Shown here piece by piece: positions 27,501 to 40,115 of a stretch of 64,000 bases of DNA; the first letter of the stretch is position 1, and each line of letters begins with the position of its first letter. The translations under genes were made by a program, and so were the position numbers. This DNA is from Paragordius varius. Its lineage: Eukaryota > Animalia > Nematomorpha. The stretch is from the NCBI GenBank assembly GCA_964247055.1, contig OZ176052.1:7750001-7814000 (forward strand), in the 5' to 3' direction. The notes under the pieces are model-generated. The model had not been told where the DNA came from and ran no database searches. It saw only the letters and a program-made list of their open reading frames with translations.

Positions 27501-30322
27501 TGCATACTAACATGTTTTACATAGATAGTTAATATTGGACATAGAGAGCGACAAACGCGCGAAGCAAGATCGTTTTTTTTAATTAAGATATATTTTAAAA
27601 ATGGATGAAAATAGCTCAAACTTTGTCAGATGGTGATGAATGTCCAAAAAAGATAACACAGGAAAAATTTTTTGATTAAAACATTTTTTATTGCTATTAT
27701 GTCACTCAAAACAGCCATTTTTAGGTTTTTTGTTTTTTAAAAAATTACCATTATTATTAATTTATTTTCTTTACGAGGCTTATAATTTGGAAATTTTAAA
27801 GACAAAAACAAAATTTAAGATATTTTTAATCTTATATAGCCATTATGTAATAAATTAACAGTTATGAAAATGCATTTTAGTATCCACTAGGTAAAATAAT
27901 TATGAGGATAATTTTTATTAAAAAAGCAAACCAAAAGCTTTTTCAAAGCTTATTTTAAATTAAATACTAATATAACCCTAAGAATTATATTAAAATAATT
28001 TATATGATTTTCACATTTGTTTGTCTTAAATTTTTGACTTATTTAAGGGTTGAAAATTTCTAACATATAAATACAAATAACTTTTACATCCGTTTGATTT
28101 AAATGAACTACCATTTAAAAAATACAGTTTTTTCGCTCTTTCAAATGATATAATATACATGGCTTGATATCTAAAACATTTTATTTTCAAAATTTCAAGT
28201 ATAATATTAAATCGGGGCCAAAAATTATTGATAAACTCTAATATAAAAAAATTCTTAGGTGTTACAATTTTCTTTTCGGATATACTATTTATGTACTTAA
28301 ATGAAAAATTTTAAAATTACAAGAGGTCAATATTTGTTGTCTAGTGTTATATAATAATTTAAATGGATGGATATTATTTAATAAAAGGGTTTTTGATCAA
28401 AATCTTTAAAAAATCTTTTATTAATATAAAATGACGAACGTGTAAAGACAAAATATTTGACACCTAAATATTATAATTTTTATGATTTAATAAACATCGG
28501 CAAAAAACTTAACATATATTAATGTCCAATGGATTAAAACTATTCCTATCCATATCACAATAATATATAGATATTATTTTATCAAAATGTACTACCTGCT
28601 GATCATTATCGTAGGAATCCAGAAAAATTCCTAGACCATTAAAATGATCCGAACAGCCAAAAGTGTTGCCTTCTTCCCCTCTTTGTGCAGTAAACCATAT
28701 TGCCTTAAAGTATAGGGGATTTATATAAGAATTTATGTATATGTCTCAGATCATATAAGATATAAAGTTAGATGTGACCGGTCTAAGTGTGTTTATTACC
28801 TTGTATGTCAAAGCTCTCTAAAATAACCCGTCAAAAAATAAACACATTATTGGATGTTAGAAATGGGTTTTTGACTTTTATAATATAATCGATTTGATTT
28901 GTTAGGAATGCAGTTGTTTATAGTCATAAGCAGTTATCAATACCACAATTGTAAAAATATATTGTTACTCAACCATAATATTAATTATTGTTAAAGGATT
29001 TAACATATTAATAGCAATTAATGCAAGTTTGATGATATTTATAAATTCCACATTTTGGATTTAATTACATTTTATATTTTTATTGTACATAAGTTACCGA
29101 AAATTCGATAGTTACTCCTGGCTATTATATGAAAACATTCAACCACGGTCATAAATAAAATTATAATCGGTCATACAAAATTATACTTATATAAGGTAAA
29201 TTGTTTGATCACTTTTTGATAGTCCTTTTTAATAGACTAATTTGTTATTATTTAATTATGACATACTTTCGCATTTATTAACTTATTGGTTATGACCGCG
29301 AAGAAATGACTAGTTAATTGGTCCAACTGGTTATTTTTCAATCAAAACAAGCCTTGTATAAAATTCGTTGTAGAAATGACCATATAGTTTTTGTTATTTA
29401 AATATGATTTAATTCGGAGAAAAAAAAGAAGTTGCAGATCATAATTTATATAAATTGATACTATCGTTTTTTCCCAGAGAGTGGAGTGAACGCTTTTATA
29501 AAAAATGAAATAAATTTTTTTAATAATTTTTTTATCAGTTTTTTATTTTAAATACTATTCGAATTTTATTTTCTTATTTTAAATAAGAGCTCCAAATACC
29601 TAAGAACTCTCAAGCGTTGGGAAAGTACACTCAACTTTAACGATTATAATTTAAAATTTAAAACCAGTTCTTGCATCTAATTAGTTTGAAAGCACTGTTT
29701 TTCAAAAATCATAACAAAGGGCCATTATAAGGGATGGTTCAATTAATTAAAAACTCGGTTGACAGAAATTAATGTTATATTTTTGGTTGAATATAAACAT
29801 TATAAAATTTTGCCAAGAATAATGTTTAGAGAAAAAGTAAACTAACAATTGGGGGCAACTGTAATTAGATATGAAATATAATCATTATTGTAAATTAACA
29901 AATTAAATTTTAAATTAATTTTTATTTCAGCAATCTTATTATATTCTGGATGTTATTGGATTAAAAAAATTTACAAAATTACCATTCCATCAGCTCCCAA
30001 CTTGCCTTTATTTCCTATTGAAAGCGAAACATGAACTTCAAAATTTGGCTGGCTCCAGGGAATTTTACTCCAGAGCCGACCTTTGATGCTGCCGACAGAA
30101 GGAGTTAGCCGTATAAAACCAGACTCTATTAGGACACCTATAAATAGATAGATATTATGAATTACTTTCCGACGCATGCCATAAAAATAACTGTTTGTTT
30201 AATATCAAAAGGGGCCTATCAAAGCTGTATTTATATTCAAATGCGGGAACATTTTGTGCATAAGATTTTAAAAGCAAAAGTATTAATAAAAATAAGATTT
30301 TGAAAACGAAACGACGTAGCAT
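22641..30322 (-). CDS. LMAN1: LMAN1/ERGIC-53 cargo-receptor lectin, complete gene
   Basis: 11 phase-compatible exons on the minus strand: 30322-30166, 30137-29983, 28703-28596, 26400-26100, 25727-25681, 25565-25425, 25005-24913, 24665-24580, 23965-23821, 23028-22922, 22677-22641. Motifs: FEYKYSF, GKLGADG, NGLGIFLDSYDND, GYFGLSAATGGMADDHDV, coiled-coil neck, CP...PSC, TM helix and C-terminal KKFF*. An alternative ATG lies at 30343. Confidence 0.95.
24503..24568. repeat. (TA)33 microsatellite in LMAN1 intron 8
   Basis: Perfect TA run starting 11 nt inside the intron from the exon-8 donor. Shorter TA runs occur at ~8219, ~10487, ~10892 and ~13054. Confidence 0.95.
30138..30165 (-). other. 28-nt spliceosomal intron (LMAN1 intron 1)
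   Basis: GTAATTCATAATATCTATCTATTTATAG; removal gives WHASESVLIESGFIRLTPS, ungapped against recalled human WAHAGNAIPSSDQIRVAPS. Confidence 0.85.
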
Positions 30323-30435
30323 GCCTATTTGTATGCAATGCATGCATTCAATATGTAAAAGACGGCAACATATTTCGTTTGCCCATCGGAATCGAGGGCA
30401 TAAAAAAATTCTAATGTTGTTTTTAGTTTTGAGGC

Positions 30436-30974
30436 ATATGAGAAACTTTGAAACAACAATCTTTTAGACATTTGATTCATATCAAAAAATAACTAAATTA
30501 GCCCACTGTTTTTCAAAAGATTAAAGGTTATAATCAAATATATTAATTACATTATGAATTATTGAAAACAGCAATATTGTAACTTCAAAGTAACAGAATT
30601 ATATCCCGGTGATTAAATTTTTAATATAAGTGCAATCGCGATTCACATCAATTTTTAAATTGTATTTTGCTTAAAATTTAAATTTTTGCGAAAGATATTG
30701 TTGCGTATATGAGAAATTTTGAAACAACAATCTTTTAGTTTGCATCATATCAAAAAATAATTAAATTAGCCCACTGTTTTTCAAAAGGTTAAAGGTTATA
30801 ATCAAATATATTAATTACATTATGAATTATTGAAAACAGCAATATTGTAACTTCAAAGTAACAGAATTATATCCCGCTGATTAAATTTTTAATATAAGCG
30901 CAATCGCGATTCACATCAATTTTTAAATTGTATTTTGCTTAAAATTTAAATTTTTGCGAAAGATATTGTTGCGT
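30436..30974. repeat. Direct tandem duplication, two ~270-bp copies (30436-30706 and 30707-30974)
   Basis: ATATGAGAAA(C/T)TTTGAAACAACAATCTTTTAG recurs at a period of 271 nt with near-identical sequence between. Confidence 0.93.
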
Positions 30975-32531
30975 ATATTATGGTATTTTGACACATATCT
31001 TTGACGGCATCGTATGTTTCCTACTTGATTATCGTTTAAGGAAGATTCTACATTCAAGATTTCATATATAAAAATTAATAAATAAACTATGATATCAGAC
31101 CAAATAATTTTAACATTCCGAGATTTTTTGGGGTAGTTTTCTGCAGAGCAATTCGAAATCTGATTATCTTAAAAAGTATTGAAAATAAGACGGATTAAAA
31201 TAAGCTTTCTTTAGCCTTTAAGGCGCATTATACAAATTTTTTTAAAAAAAAGGTAAAATTGTAAATTTATATTGTTCTATAAAATCTTTTAAATCGGTAA
31301 TTCAACAGGCAAATAAATGTATATTATAATAGTGTAAATAAATAACTTAAGGCTACATTTTTCCAGCATTAACTTGATAAAATTTGGTTTTAATATCAGT
31401 TTGTTTCAAGCATGTTTTGTAGGTACCCCAATTTGACACTCTAGGATTCACGAAACTGAGATAAATATAAGTTTTTTATAAAATTTACGAGAACCATTAA
31501 TATGTAATTTCTAAAATAACTTTCATACCTAGTTTATTTATAAAAATGAGCTCTATAAAACTACCCATATATGTCAACTGGGACATGAAAGTAAAGAGAT
31601 CAGTGTTAAATGTCAAATGTAAAAACCATAGCTTTATCAAAAAACATATTCTTTTATTAGGCTGTATATAACGACTCGTTTGATAAGTAAACCTTGAAAA
31701 TTTGTTACAGAAAATAATTGTTAATGTATGAAATTAAAAACGTATATTAATAGCCGAAATATTTTAATAGTTGTTTGTTTAAAATTTAATTATCAAGCCC
31801 TCTTCTCCTGTATGATAGAAAACATAGAATTTTTACAGTTTAACTTCTAGAGTACCGGATTCAGATAGCGATAAAACACAATTAAAATGAACGGATAACA
31901 CTGTGCAACAAAATATGGGGTCAATTTTCTGGACTCGATTTTCTAAATATTTTCTGATTCCTTATAGTATTGTGATCAGATTTGCGTAAAATTTTTTTTT
32001 ACTTACCCAGCTCGTTTTCGAGATATGGGACTTTTTCCATATTTGGAAATATCCAAAATTTTCTTGTTTGTAAATATTTTTCGTTATTTAAACAAATAAT
32101 ATGTGGCTTACATAAGTATTTTTACAAGAAATTACCAATTTATCTTCAAAATAAAAAAAAAATACTCAAAATATCCAATACTTTTTGTTTTGGGGGCAAA
32201 AACCCTCAAAAATTGGGTAACTTAACATTTTTTTACAAAAATATTTTTTATCAATTTATTAAATCAAAACAAACTTTATTATATGTTCTCGGATGTTAAT
32301 AATGTTAGTTTAAGTTAAAATATCACTTTGTAATAGCTTTGTGGACTTTTATTTTTAATAATAAATTTAATTTTTACAGCTTTTTTGTTGTTTTTTTATG
32401 TAAAAAATGATTTAATTTACTTAGCTGTAAATACTAATTTCATTTTTTCATCTGAAATTTTTAAATTTTTACCATATATGATGTCAGATATGTTGATTCA
32501 TTAGCTTCATTTTTAAATATAAAAATATGAA

Positions 32532-33364
32532 ATGGACAGTAATGATTCTTATATAAATTTGTGGTTGAATTCTGAATCGGAAAAATCGTCTGCCTTTTGG
32601 ATAAGAGAAGAACACACCTTGATACCATCAAATACATTTTATATATATATACTTTAGGGATATGGATGATTCCCTCTTTGTCAAGAGTGCAATCTAAAGA
32701 AGCTTATTACCCTGATGAAGTTTTACGATACTCGGAAATGAATTCTTTTTTAATAAAAGTTGAGTCACCCATAAAATTTCAGTTGTTTAGGGGAACAGTA
32801 CGTATGCCACAGGAAAATCAAAGATAAGTACCCTCATATACTAAATTATATTTTTACTAATATTTTAACCATATATTCTTATAAATTTTATTTGGGTTAT
32901 CGTTTCTTCGGTAAAATTATTGTTTTTTGTCGTTAACATTTTATTTAATTTAAACTATTGTCGCTTATCAACAACTCTAATCAAACCTTTGTTTTTTGCT
33001 GATATGTGTTTATTTTTGAGCATTAATTTAAGTTAATGATATTTTACCCCAGCCTGTTAGGATCTATATATAACTGATTGGTTTATTCTACCTAGGCAAT
33101 GTATGACATCGCCCAAGTATTTAAAATTATTTACCAATTCGATTTTGGCGTCTGCCATATAAAAGTATTTTATTGATTTCTTTCATACATTCTTATAAAA
33201 ACAATATATCGATTTGCAGGTAGTTATATTACCATGACAAAGTACCCAATCGCAACAATTTGTATATCACATCAGCTAATAGATTAGCTTTCAATATGGA
33301 CGACTGTGCAGAGAAAATTGGAGAATATGCCATATCTTATCCAAAACGTTTAAATAAAATATAA
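32532..33364 (+). pseudogene. Second, intron-containing ORF inside the transposon, convergent with the transposase; product unknown
   Basis: Coding-like segments: 32532-~32632 (MDSNDSYINLWLNSESEKSSAFWIREEHTLIPS), 32658-~32824 (IWMIPSLSRVQSKEAYYPDEVLRYSEMNSF...), ~33096-33164 (AMYDIAQVFKIIYQFDFGVCHIK), ~33224-33364 (LYYHDKVPNRNNLYITSANRLAFNMDDCAEKIGEYAISYPKRLNKI*), then AATAAA at ~33372. Junctions are partly degenerate. Confidence 0.45.
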
Positions 33365-33497
33365 TACCATTAATAAATGATTTCATCATAATATATTGAA
33401 CTATATGCAAATCCTAATTATAATCAGTTATTAGAGTGAATATTTAGAATATATTTTGGTCAAAAGATTTTAAGACACGGATAATCTAATCTAGACT

Positions 33498-35904
33498 TTA
33501 AATAAAGTAAATTAGGTGTAAAAAAAATAAAATAATAATTTTTTTATTCATATATATATAATCGCAAATTAAATTTATATTGTTTCGATAGGTTTTTTCG
33601 AAGAGTTTCAAAAGTTGGTGACCTTTTTCTCCCCTTTGGTCACTAATTGCATCTTTTGAAAAAAACATAGATGGGAATCCACCATATGGAGCTTTAGACT
33701 CATGCGGCATCCTATAGGATAAAAATTAATATAAATGTTTAAAAAACAAATGTATTATAATATACATACCCAGCCTATAGAAAGAATCAATTAACGATTG
33801 CCTAATTCCACGTATTTGTTATTTTTTGTATTTCCCAAAAATTTTGAGAAAAAGTTCGCAATGCAACCCATGCCGCTTTTTTTGGGTTGCATTTTAGATT
33901 CAAATGCCACATCATTGAAAAGATTCGTAACCTAAAATTAAATGTATAATACCTGCGGCCCTATCAAAACTGCGGCGTTAATTTTGGCAGGCGTCATCCT
34001 GAACTTCCTGAAGTAATGGGCCCAAGCTTCACCATTTTTATCAAGACTGCACAAAAATGTTTTGGCCAATCCAAGCAGCTTGTGCAATGGCGGCAAAACA
34101 AATTTGTTAGCCGATATTAATGGAGAATATGTCTAATTCTTGGGCTTAACTTCATAAGTTCTTATGGGCCAATTTTTTTGTGTGTAGTGTTTCTCGGTGT
34201 CACGCGAGTCCCACTCACACAAAGGGCAAAAAAATTTGGTAAATCCTTTCTGTATACCGTAGAGCAGTCCCATGACCTATTAAAATATTACAATTTTAAG
34301 AACTTTATAATCCCCTGTTACATGCCAATAATGATAGTTGTATCGCAGTAGTTCCAAAATGTTTTCAAAAATATCATAAGCCTCCCTATAAACTCGGCTG
34401 AATGCGATTAATATTGGCCTGTGCTCTCCGGAACGGTCCAATAAAAATGCCTTCAAAACTTTCCTAAAGATGTAAAATTTTATATACCTGAGAAGCGTCT
34501 AGAAATAATACCTATTGTGATGAATTATATGGATAATTCATTTCCTTCATTAACACTTCGATTCAAATTGGGGTATCTAAATACCCCAGACTAATATTGA
34601 ATTAGGATTTTTAAAAAACTACTGAAGGAAACGGTCCCAATTTAAATTTATGCTTCTATCCTGATAAAATTTATATAAATATGTCAAAAGATCTTGATAA
34701 AATTTTGTTTTGAAAAAAAGTTCCATTTCAAACTACTTCGACGCCATTTTTATTTTACAAAATTTTTGCAAAATATCGTCTTTATTTAATTTTAAGGGTA
34801 AAACTAAAGCTAATTTTTTATATAAATTACATCTAACACTGATAGAAATAGAAAAAGCGGTTTATTTTGTATTATTTTTTAATTTTACCATTTGACACAT
34901 GCCACGTTAACGAAATTTTTACCTTTCGTTGTTTGCTTAAAATATTTAATATCAAATATTTTTGGATAAATTTTTTTTATATAAGGTTTATTAATGTTAT
35001 ATAAGTGCAAAATTTTGCCATGGATTCGATTCCTTCCATACTTTTTAAAGTATTTGATTTTAAACAGGCCTGGGGTATCCAACTACCCCAATTTGAATCG
35101 AAGGACTAAAATGAGTGTGTTGTATCCAGGTGTTAAGCCAATCACATCATGACACCAAGATAAATAACTGTTTTCGGAAAAATATTTTCGGAAATTTATT
35201 CCTCTATTCCAAAAACTAGTTATGTTGTCTTTCGATTAAGAGTCCTCACCATAAGTTCGGACGACCTAATATAATAATATATTGAAAAAATGTTTGGCTT
35301 ATTCAAAGATAAATACAAAATTTAACTTATATATTTAACGCATTTCAGCTTAAGTAAATTAAAATAAATTATAAAATGCGTAAATCTATTATTTTTTCTA
35401 AAAAATACCGTTTTGAGAGATGCAATTTTTTGATTAGGGATATCACCTCAGTGCCACTTAATTTATTAGTGTCCTTTATGTCTTGATGATAAAATTCGAA
35501 ATCAGTAATCCATCATATCAAATAAATCGATATGAATGGTTGGAGATGAAGGTACGGGAAGGTCAATGGAATGATAAACAGGACGAATTGCACAGAAAAA
35601 GTTTGGATATTCGATATTTGTTTTTTTTGGTAATGTTAATAAGAAATGGTTTTGGAACTGCACAAAAGTAACATTCAGAATGAGATTTTGCCTCTCGCCA
35701 TATCATAGGGATACCCCAAGGGAGTCCAGGTCCGGTTTTGTGGTACCATGCTCCTAAACTAATGCTACATGTCCGAGATACGGTGTTCGGGGCCCAAATC
35801 TAGGTTCCCTATAAAAAAATAGTTTTTTATGTAAGTGGTAATGTTTATACTATTAGTTTTTTTGTGTATTGTCCACATATATGGCAAACAATATTTTTAT
35901 CCAT
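33498..35904 (-). pseudogene. Chapaev3-like transposase pseudogene with introns, stops, frameshifts and a MITE insertion
   Basis: Motifs in order: VCHICGQY, PMIWREAKSHSECYFC, SWCHDVIGLM, LFLDAS (D), TGDYKVMGLLYGIQKGFTKFFCPLCEWDSR (D), LPPLHKLLGL, IGPQ, GCRMSLKLHMVDSHL, ISDQRGEKGHQ (E). Introns at 34487-34464 (24 nt), 34303-34277 (27 nt), 33952-33932 (21 nt) and 33769-33712 (58 nt). Confidence 0.88.
34554..35132. mobile_element. TTAA-MITE family, copy 2 (579 bp, piggyBac-like target), nested in the transposase
   Basis: TTAA duplicated at 34550-34553 and 35133-35136; ends CACTTCGAT / ATCCAGGTG. Removing it restores the transposase frame SWCHDVIG-LMKEM. Confidence 0.9.
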
Positions 35905-38900
35905 CCTAAATTTATAAATATATATATACTTGGGTAGTAATTATATTTTTTGTACATTTTGGGTATATAATAATATATTCTTGATGAAAAAACTGATATG
36001 GAGTACATTTAAGTGTGGGAAATATTTAAAAATATCATATGAAATAAAGAATATATTATATGCAGCTGAGTAAAATTTAGTTTTTTTTACATAAAATTTA
36101 TTTTTTAAAATAAAAGTCCACAAAATTACTTAAACAAACATTATTAACATCCAAGAACATATAATAAAGTTTGTTTTGATTTAATAAATTGATAAAAAAT
36201 ATTTGTGAAATGTTAAGTTACCCAATTTTTGAGGGTTTTTGCCCCCTAAAAAAAGTATTGAATATTTTGAGTAATTTTTTTTTTATTTTGAAGATAAATT
36301 AGTAATTTCATGTAAAAATACTTATGTAAGCCACATATTATTTGTTTACATAGCGAAAAATATTTACAAACAAGAAAATGTTGGATATGTCCAAATATGG
36401 AAAAAGTCCCATATCTCGAAAACGAGCTGGGTACGTAAAAAAATTTTTTACGCAAATCTGATCACAATACTATAAGGAATCAGAAAATATTTAGAAAATC
36501 GAGTTCAGAAAAAGTTGTGTCACAGTGTAATCGATAAATATCAATTTTATGGTAAATCTAAATTTGAAAACTTTCGAAAGTCATTTATCTATATTTTTCA
36601 ACCATACTATACAATTAGCCTATTGTATAAGCAAAAAAATAAAAGAAAATAAATGGAGGCCAAAAATTTTGAAACAATTTATTTTGCAGTTTTACATTTT
36701 TTAAATGTAACATGCACCTAAAAGATTAAAGAAAGCATATTTTTAAATTTAGCCCAATATGAAATTTTTTTTAGATATTTAAGTTTTAAGTTGGCATGTA
36801 TGTAAAATTAATCCAAAAGCTCCTGAAGTGTTTAAAAAAGCTTTAACAAATTTCGTTAAAATTATTTAGGTAAATTCATTTCAATTATTATTTAATTTAA
36901 AAATACACAGCGCATTGAATCAAAACTAATTAAAAATGTTTAAATATAGAACCGTGATTCCCACCCAAAAATATAAAAGGCCACACAAAATATCTTATCT
37001 CAAGGGTGTGCATCAAATAATACCGATAATTTCATATCGACAGAGTTAGATAAATAAGAGATAAAAAAATGACCATAAAAATGCACTTTTAGTGTCGCAT
37101 GCGGCCTGTGCGTCGCGATTTGAGTACCACTGATATAGAACAAAGTGCCAAAATTTATTTTAGTATGTGACCTAAACATGAAAATCTGAAACACCTAAGC
37201 CCTTATTTATGGTATACAAAAATATTGGATGTTAAATATTAATATTAATAAATATTTGTAAAAAACAATATACAGTTACTTTTCCAATGTATTATAATTT
37301 ATTGTACATTTTGGAACCCGAAAATAAATAGTAGTAGTCTAATTGTCAAATATTCCATACATGTTAATGCTTTTATAAATTATAAGACATAAAAAATTTA
37401 AATTAAGTACGAAGGAGGAAAACTAGTTTCATCTATAATAATAAAATGAAAATGGTTTTTCTATAAAACAAAAAAGGACGAATTCAGATAACCTTGAATT
37501 TATTATTTAATCCCGCTACAATGGCCACACTCCTAGCTGTATCACAATTTGCGACATTGTAAATGTCAGTAATTTAATTAGATTTTTCGCTCGCGCAAAG
37601 TCTTTGGTAAACAAACTAAAAACAATTGCTTTATAAAAACAATGTTGTCGAAATAAAAATAAATTAAGAAAAAAAGGAAGATTCACAATACCACTACCAC
37701 CACGTAACCTTGAAACAAAAAAAGAAAATAAATGATTTTTCATTCTTGATGACAAAAAAATATTATTAATCTTGTGTCTATTTATTAATCTGTAAATATA
37801 TATATATATATATTATAGTGGTCATACGATTCAAGGTTATCCTGTTTTCGCTAATATTCTTACATATATTAATGCTACGAAACGTTCACAACAGTTTATT
37901 ACTAGGTATTAGATCATATTTTATGGATAACAAAAACTTTGAAAAATTATTAATATATATATGTTAAGGTCATTTCTCAAGGTCTCAACGGAATGTTATT
38001 TATGCAATCAATCTATTTATAAATCGATGCCTTTTTTCACAGATAACATTTGTCCTTGAATTGTTTACGCCATATAATAAGGACAGATAGATAGTTAGAT
38101 ACCTTTCTAAAAAAATGAAAAATAGATTAATTAAGGATGTAATGATTGACCATAAAAGATTTAATGTGAGGCAAATAGAAATAGATTAAAGTTAATTAAT
38201 TTTCGTATTGAGCATATCATTAAATATTTAAAATTACTTGTACATTAAATGTTTTCATGATTTAATTTAGAGCTGTAGTTGCATTTATTTTGATAATAGA
38301 AAAATTTCGAACCGAATCTATAATATGCGTTAGACGCCTTCTTTGGTTATTTAATATTTATTATAAAAAATTATAATCCAAACCCCGGGGTTTATTTTTC
38401 CATCCCCCATATTCCAACAATTCTACCATTTATAAATATATAGAATTGTGTTTCAAACAATTCTCAGCCATAATTTATCCAAAATATATAATAAAATACA
38501 GAAGATATACTCCACATTATATTAGATTGATTAAGATTTAAAAACATACTATTTCAAAATTTTTAACTTTTTAGCAGTTACCATTCTATTAATATGTATT
38601 TATATTTATTATAAATTGATTATTAAAAATTTTGAACACAATATTCTAAATCAGTTTAGAAAAATGTTACACACCCAATTTCATTAATATATGATATTTA
38701 TCATTATACTTTTGCATTAAAACTTTTCATTTTTTAACCAAAACCCAGTATATTCAAGTCAAGACTTTACAATAATATTGAATTTTTTTTATTAAACTCT
38801 GCATTACTTAACCATGACACTTTATAATGTTATATTTTAATTATTTAAACCAGGGTGATTAACAAGCGGGCAGGGGTTTGGAAATTTAGAATTTGATCAT

Positions 38901-39553
38901 AAAATATTAGCAAAATTCATATTTCTTAAGAAATTTTTCCAAATAAGTCTATCAAATTGGCAAAAACTACAAAAAAATACTATGTTGCATTTGCATTTAG
39001 CAGTCTTATGTTTAAGATCTAATAAATTATTTATGAATGCCCACATATATATATCAAATGTGGCCGGCCGAATTTTTTGAGTTTAAAAATACGCGAGAAG
39101 GTATTTGTGTGAAGTCTTCTGATTTAAACCTTTAAAACTTTTACAATTCGCGTTTTAAATACCCTTTATCAAACATATAGGGATTGTTAATGGGTTGTTA
39201 TCTTCTTAAAATTTTTTTCTGACTGATACAGGGATGTACAAAATGCGACCTCCGAGATAATGTGTGCCGCGCGCGAAAATTTTCAAACTTACGATATAAA
39301 ATATCACAATTTTAAAAAATTACTACTTGTGATCTGTTAATAAAATTGATATATATCTTGAAAAAATTCTCAATAGGGTTTTCCAAATTTTGGCAACGAA
39401 TTACCAAATACTGGTAAAATCAGTCTGATTTTTAAATTTAATAAAAGATATATTAATTACTATGCATAGCTGGCCGGGTTTTTGAGTCCAAATGCCACCC
39501 ACAAAGCAATTTTGAGCACCTCTGGATTAATTTAGAAACTAGTATGCCATTAC

Positions 39554-40055
39554 TAGGGATGTGCATTTGACTGCTTTTTCAAAAAAGTCCGGTCAGACCC
39601 GGTCAGACCATGGTTATGACCACTTTACCTAAGTAAATACCATGCGATATTGGATTATGAAATTACTTCTGAATTTTCAAATACCTCGCTTTTAATACTG
39701 GATAAAAAAAATTTCTGTTTCTTTTACACTTTCTTTGATTATTGAAATATCCAATTATAAAATGTTTTTTCATTTTATTAGTTCACATATATGGAATAAT
39801 TGAATATTTTATAAAAAGTTGGATTGTTTTCTTTTCCGAAATAACTGGATAATCTTAAATGCTAATGTTTTAAGGATGCATGTTTAACATTTTTAATTGT
39901 AAATAAGCAAATTTAAATATTGATATATTTTTTTATAATATATTAAAAAATAGCTTACTATTTTTCTTCCAAAAAAAATACCAGCAATTTTTCAAAAAAC
40001 AGCTGAAATGACCATGGTCAAAAAATAAATAGTCACTGACCTGGTCATGACCCTA
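39554..40055. mobile_element. 502-bp hAT-like MITE
   Basis: TAGGG...CCCTA termini with a perfect 8-bp target-site duplication GCCATTAC (39546-39553 and 40056-40063); internal GGTCA/TGACC repeats. Confidence 0.88.
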
Positions 40056-40115
40056 GCCATTACTATTGACAAATGATTTAATATATAACTTTATTTCTTC
40101 ACTGATATTTTGAAA

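Larger units (their letters stand above)
31899..36527 (-). mobile_element. Full-length, decayed Chapaev3-like (CMC superfamily) DNA transposon
   Basis: Termini CACTGTG...CACAGTG flanked by identical TAA (31896-31898 and 36528-36530). Long imperfect inverted repeats of about 440-480 bp (31899-~32380 vs ~36085-36527). Encloses a transposase relic. The Chapaev3 label rests on recalled protein motifs and termini. Confidence 0.85.

Noticed and set aside
31982-32299. ORF pair 31982-32299 (+) and 36246-36455 (-) with near-identical translations
   Set aside because: They are the two arms of the transposon inverted repeats, not duplicated genes.
37516-37755. 79-aa minus ORF and a CTAGCTGTAT match to part of miR-9
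   Set aside because: No protein motif; the miRNA seed and hairpin are absent.
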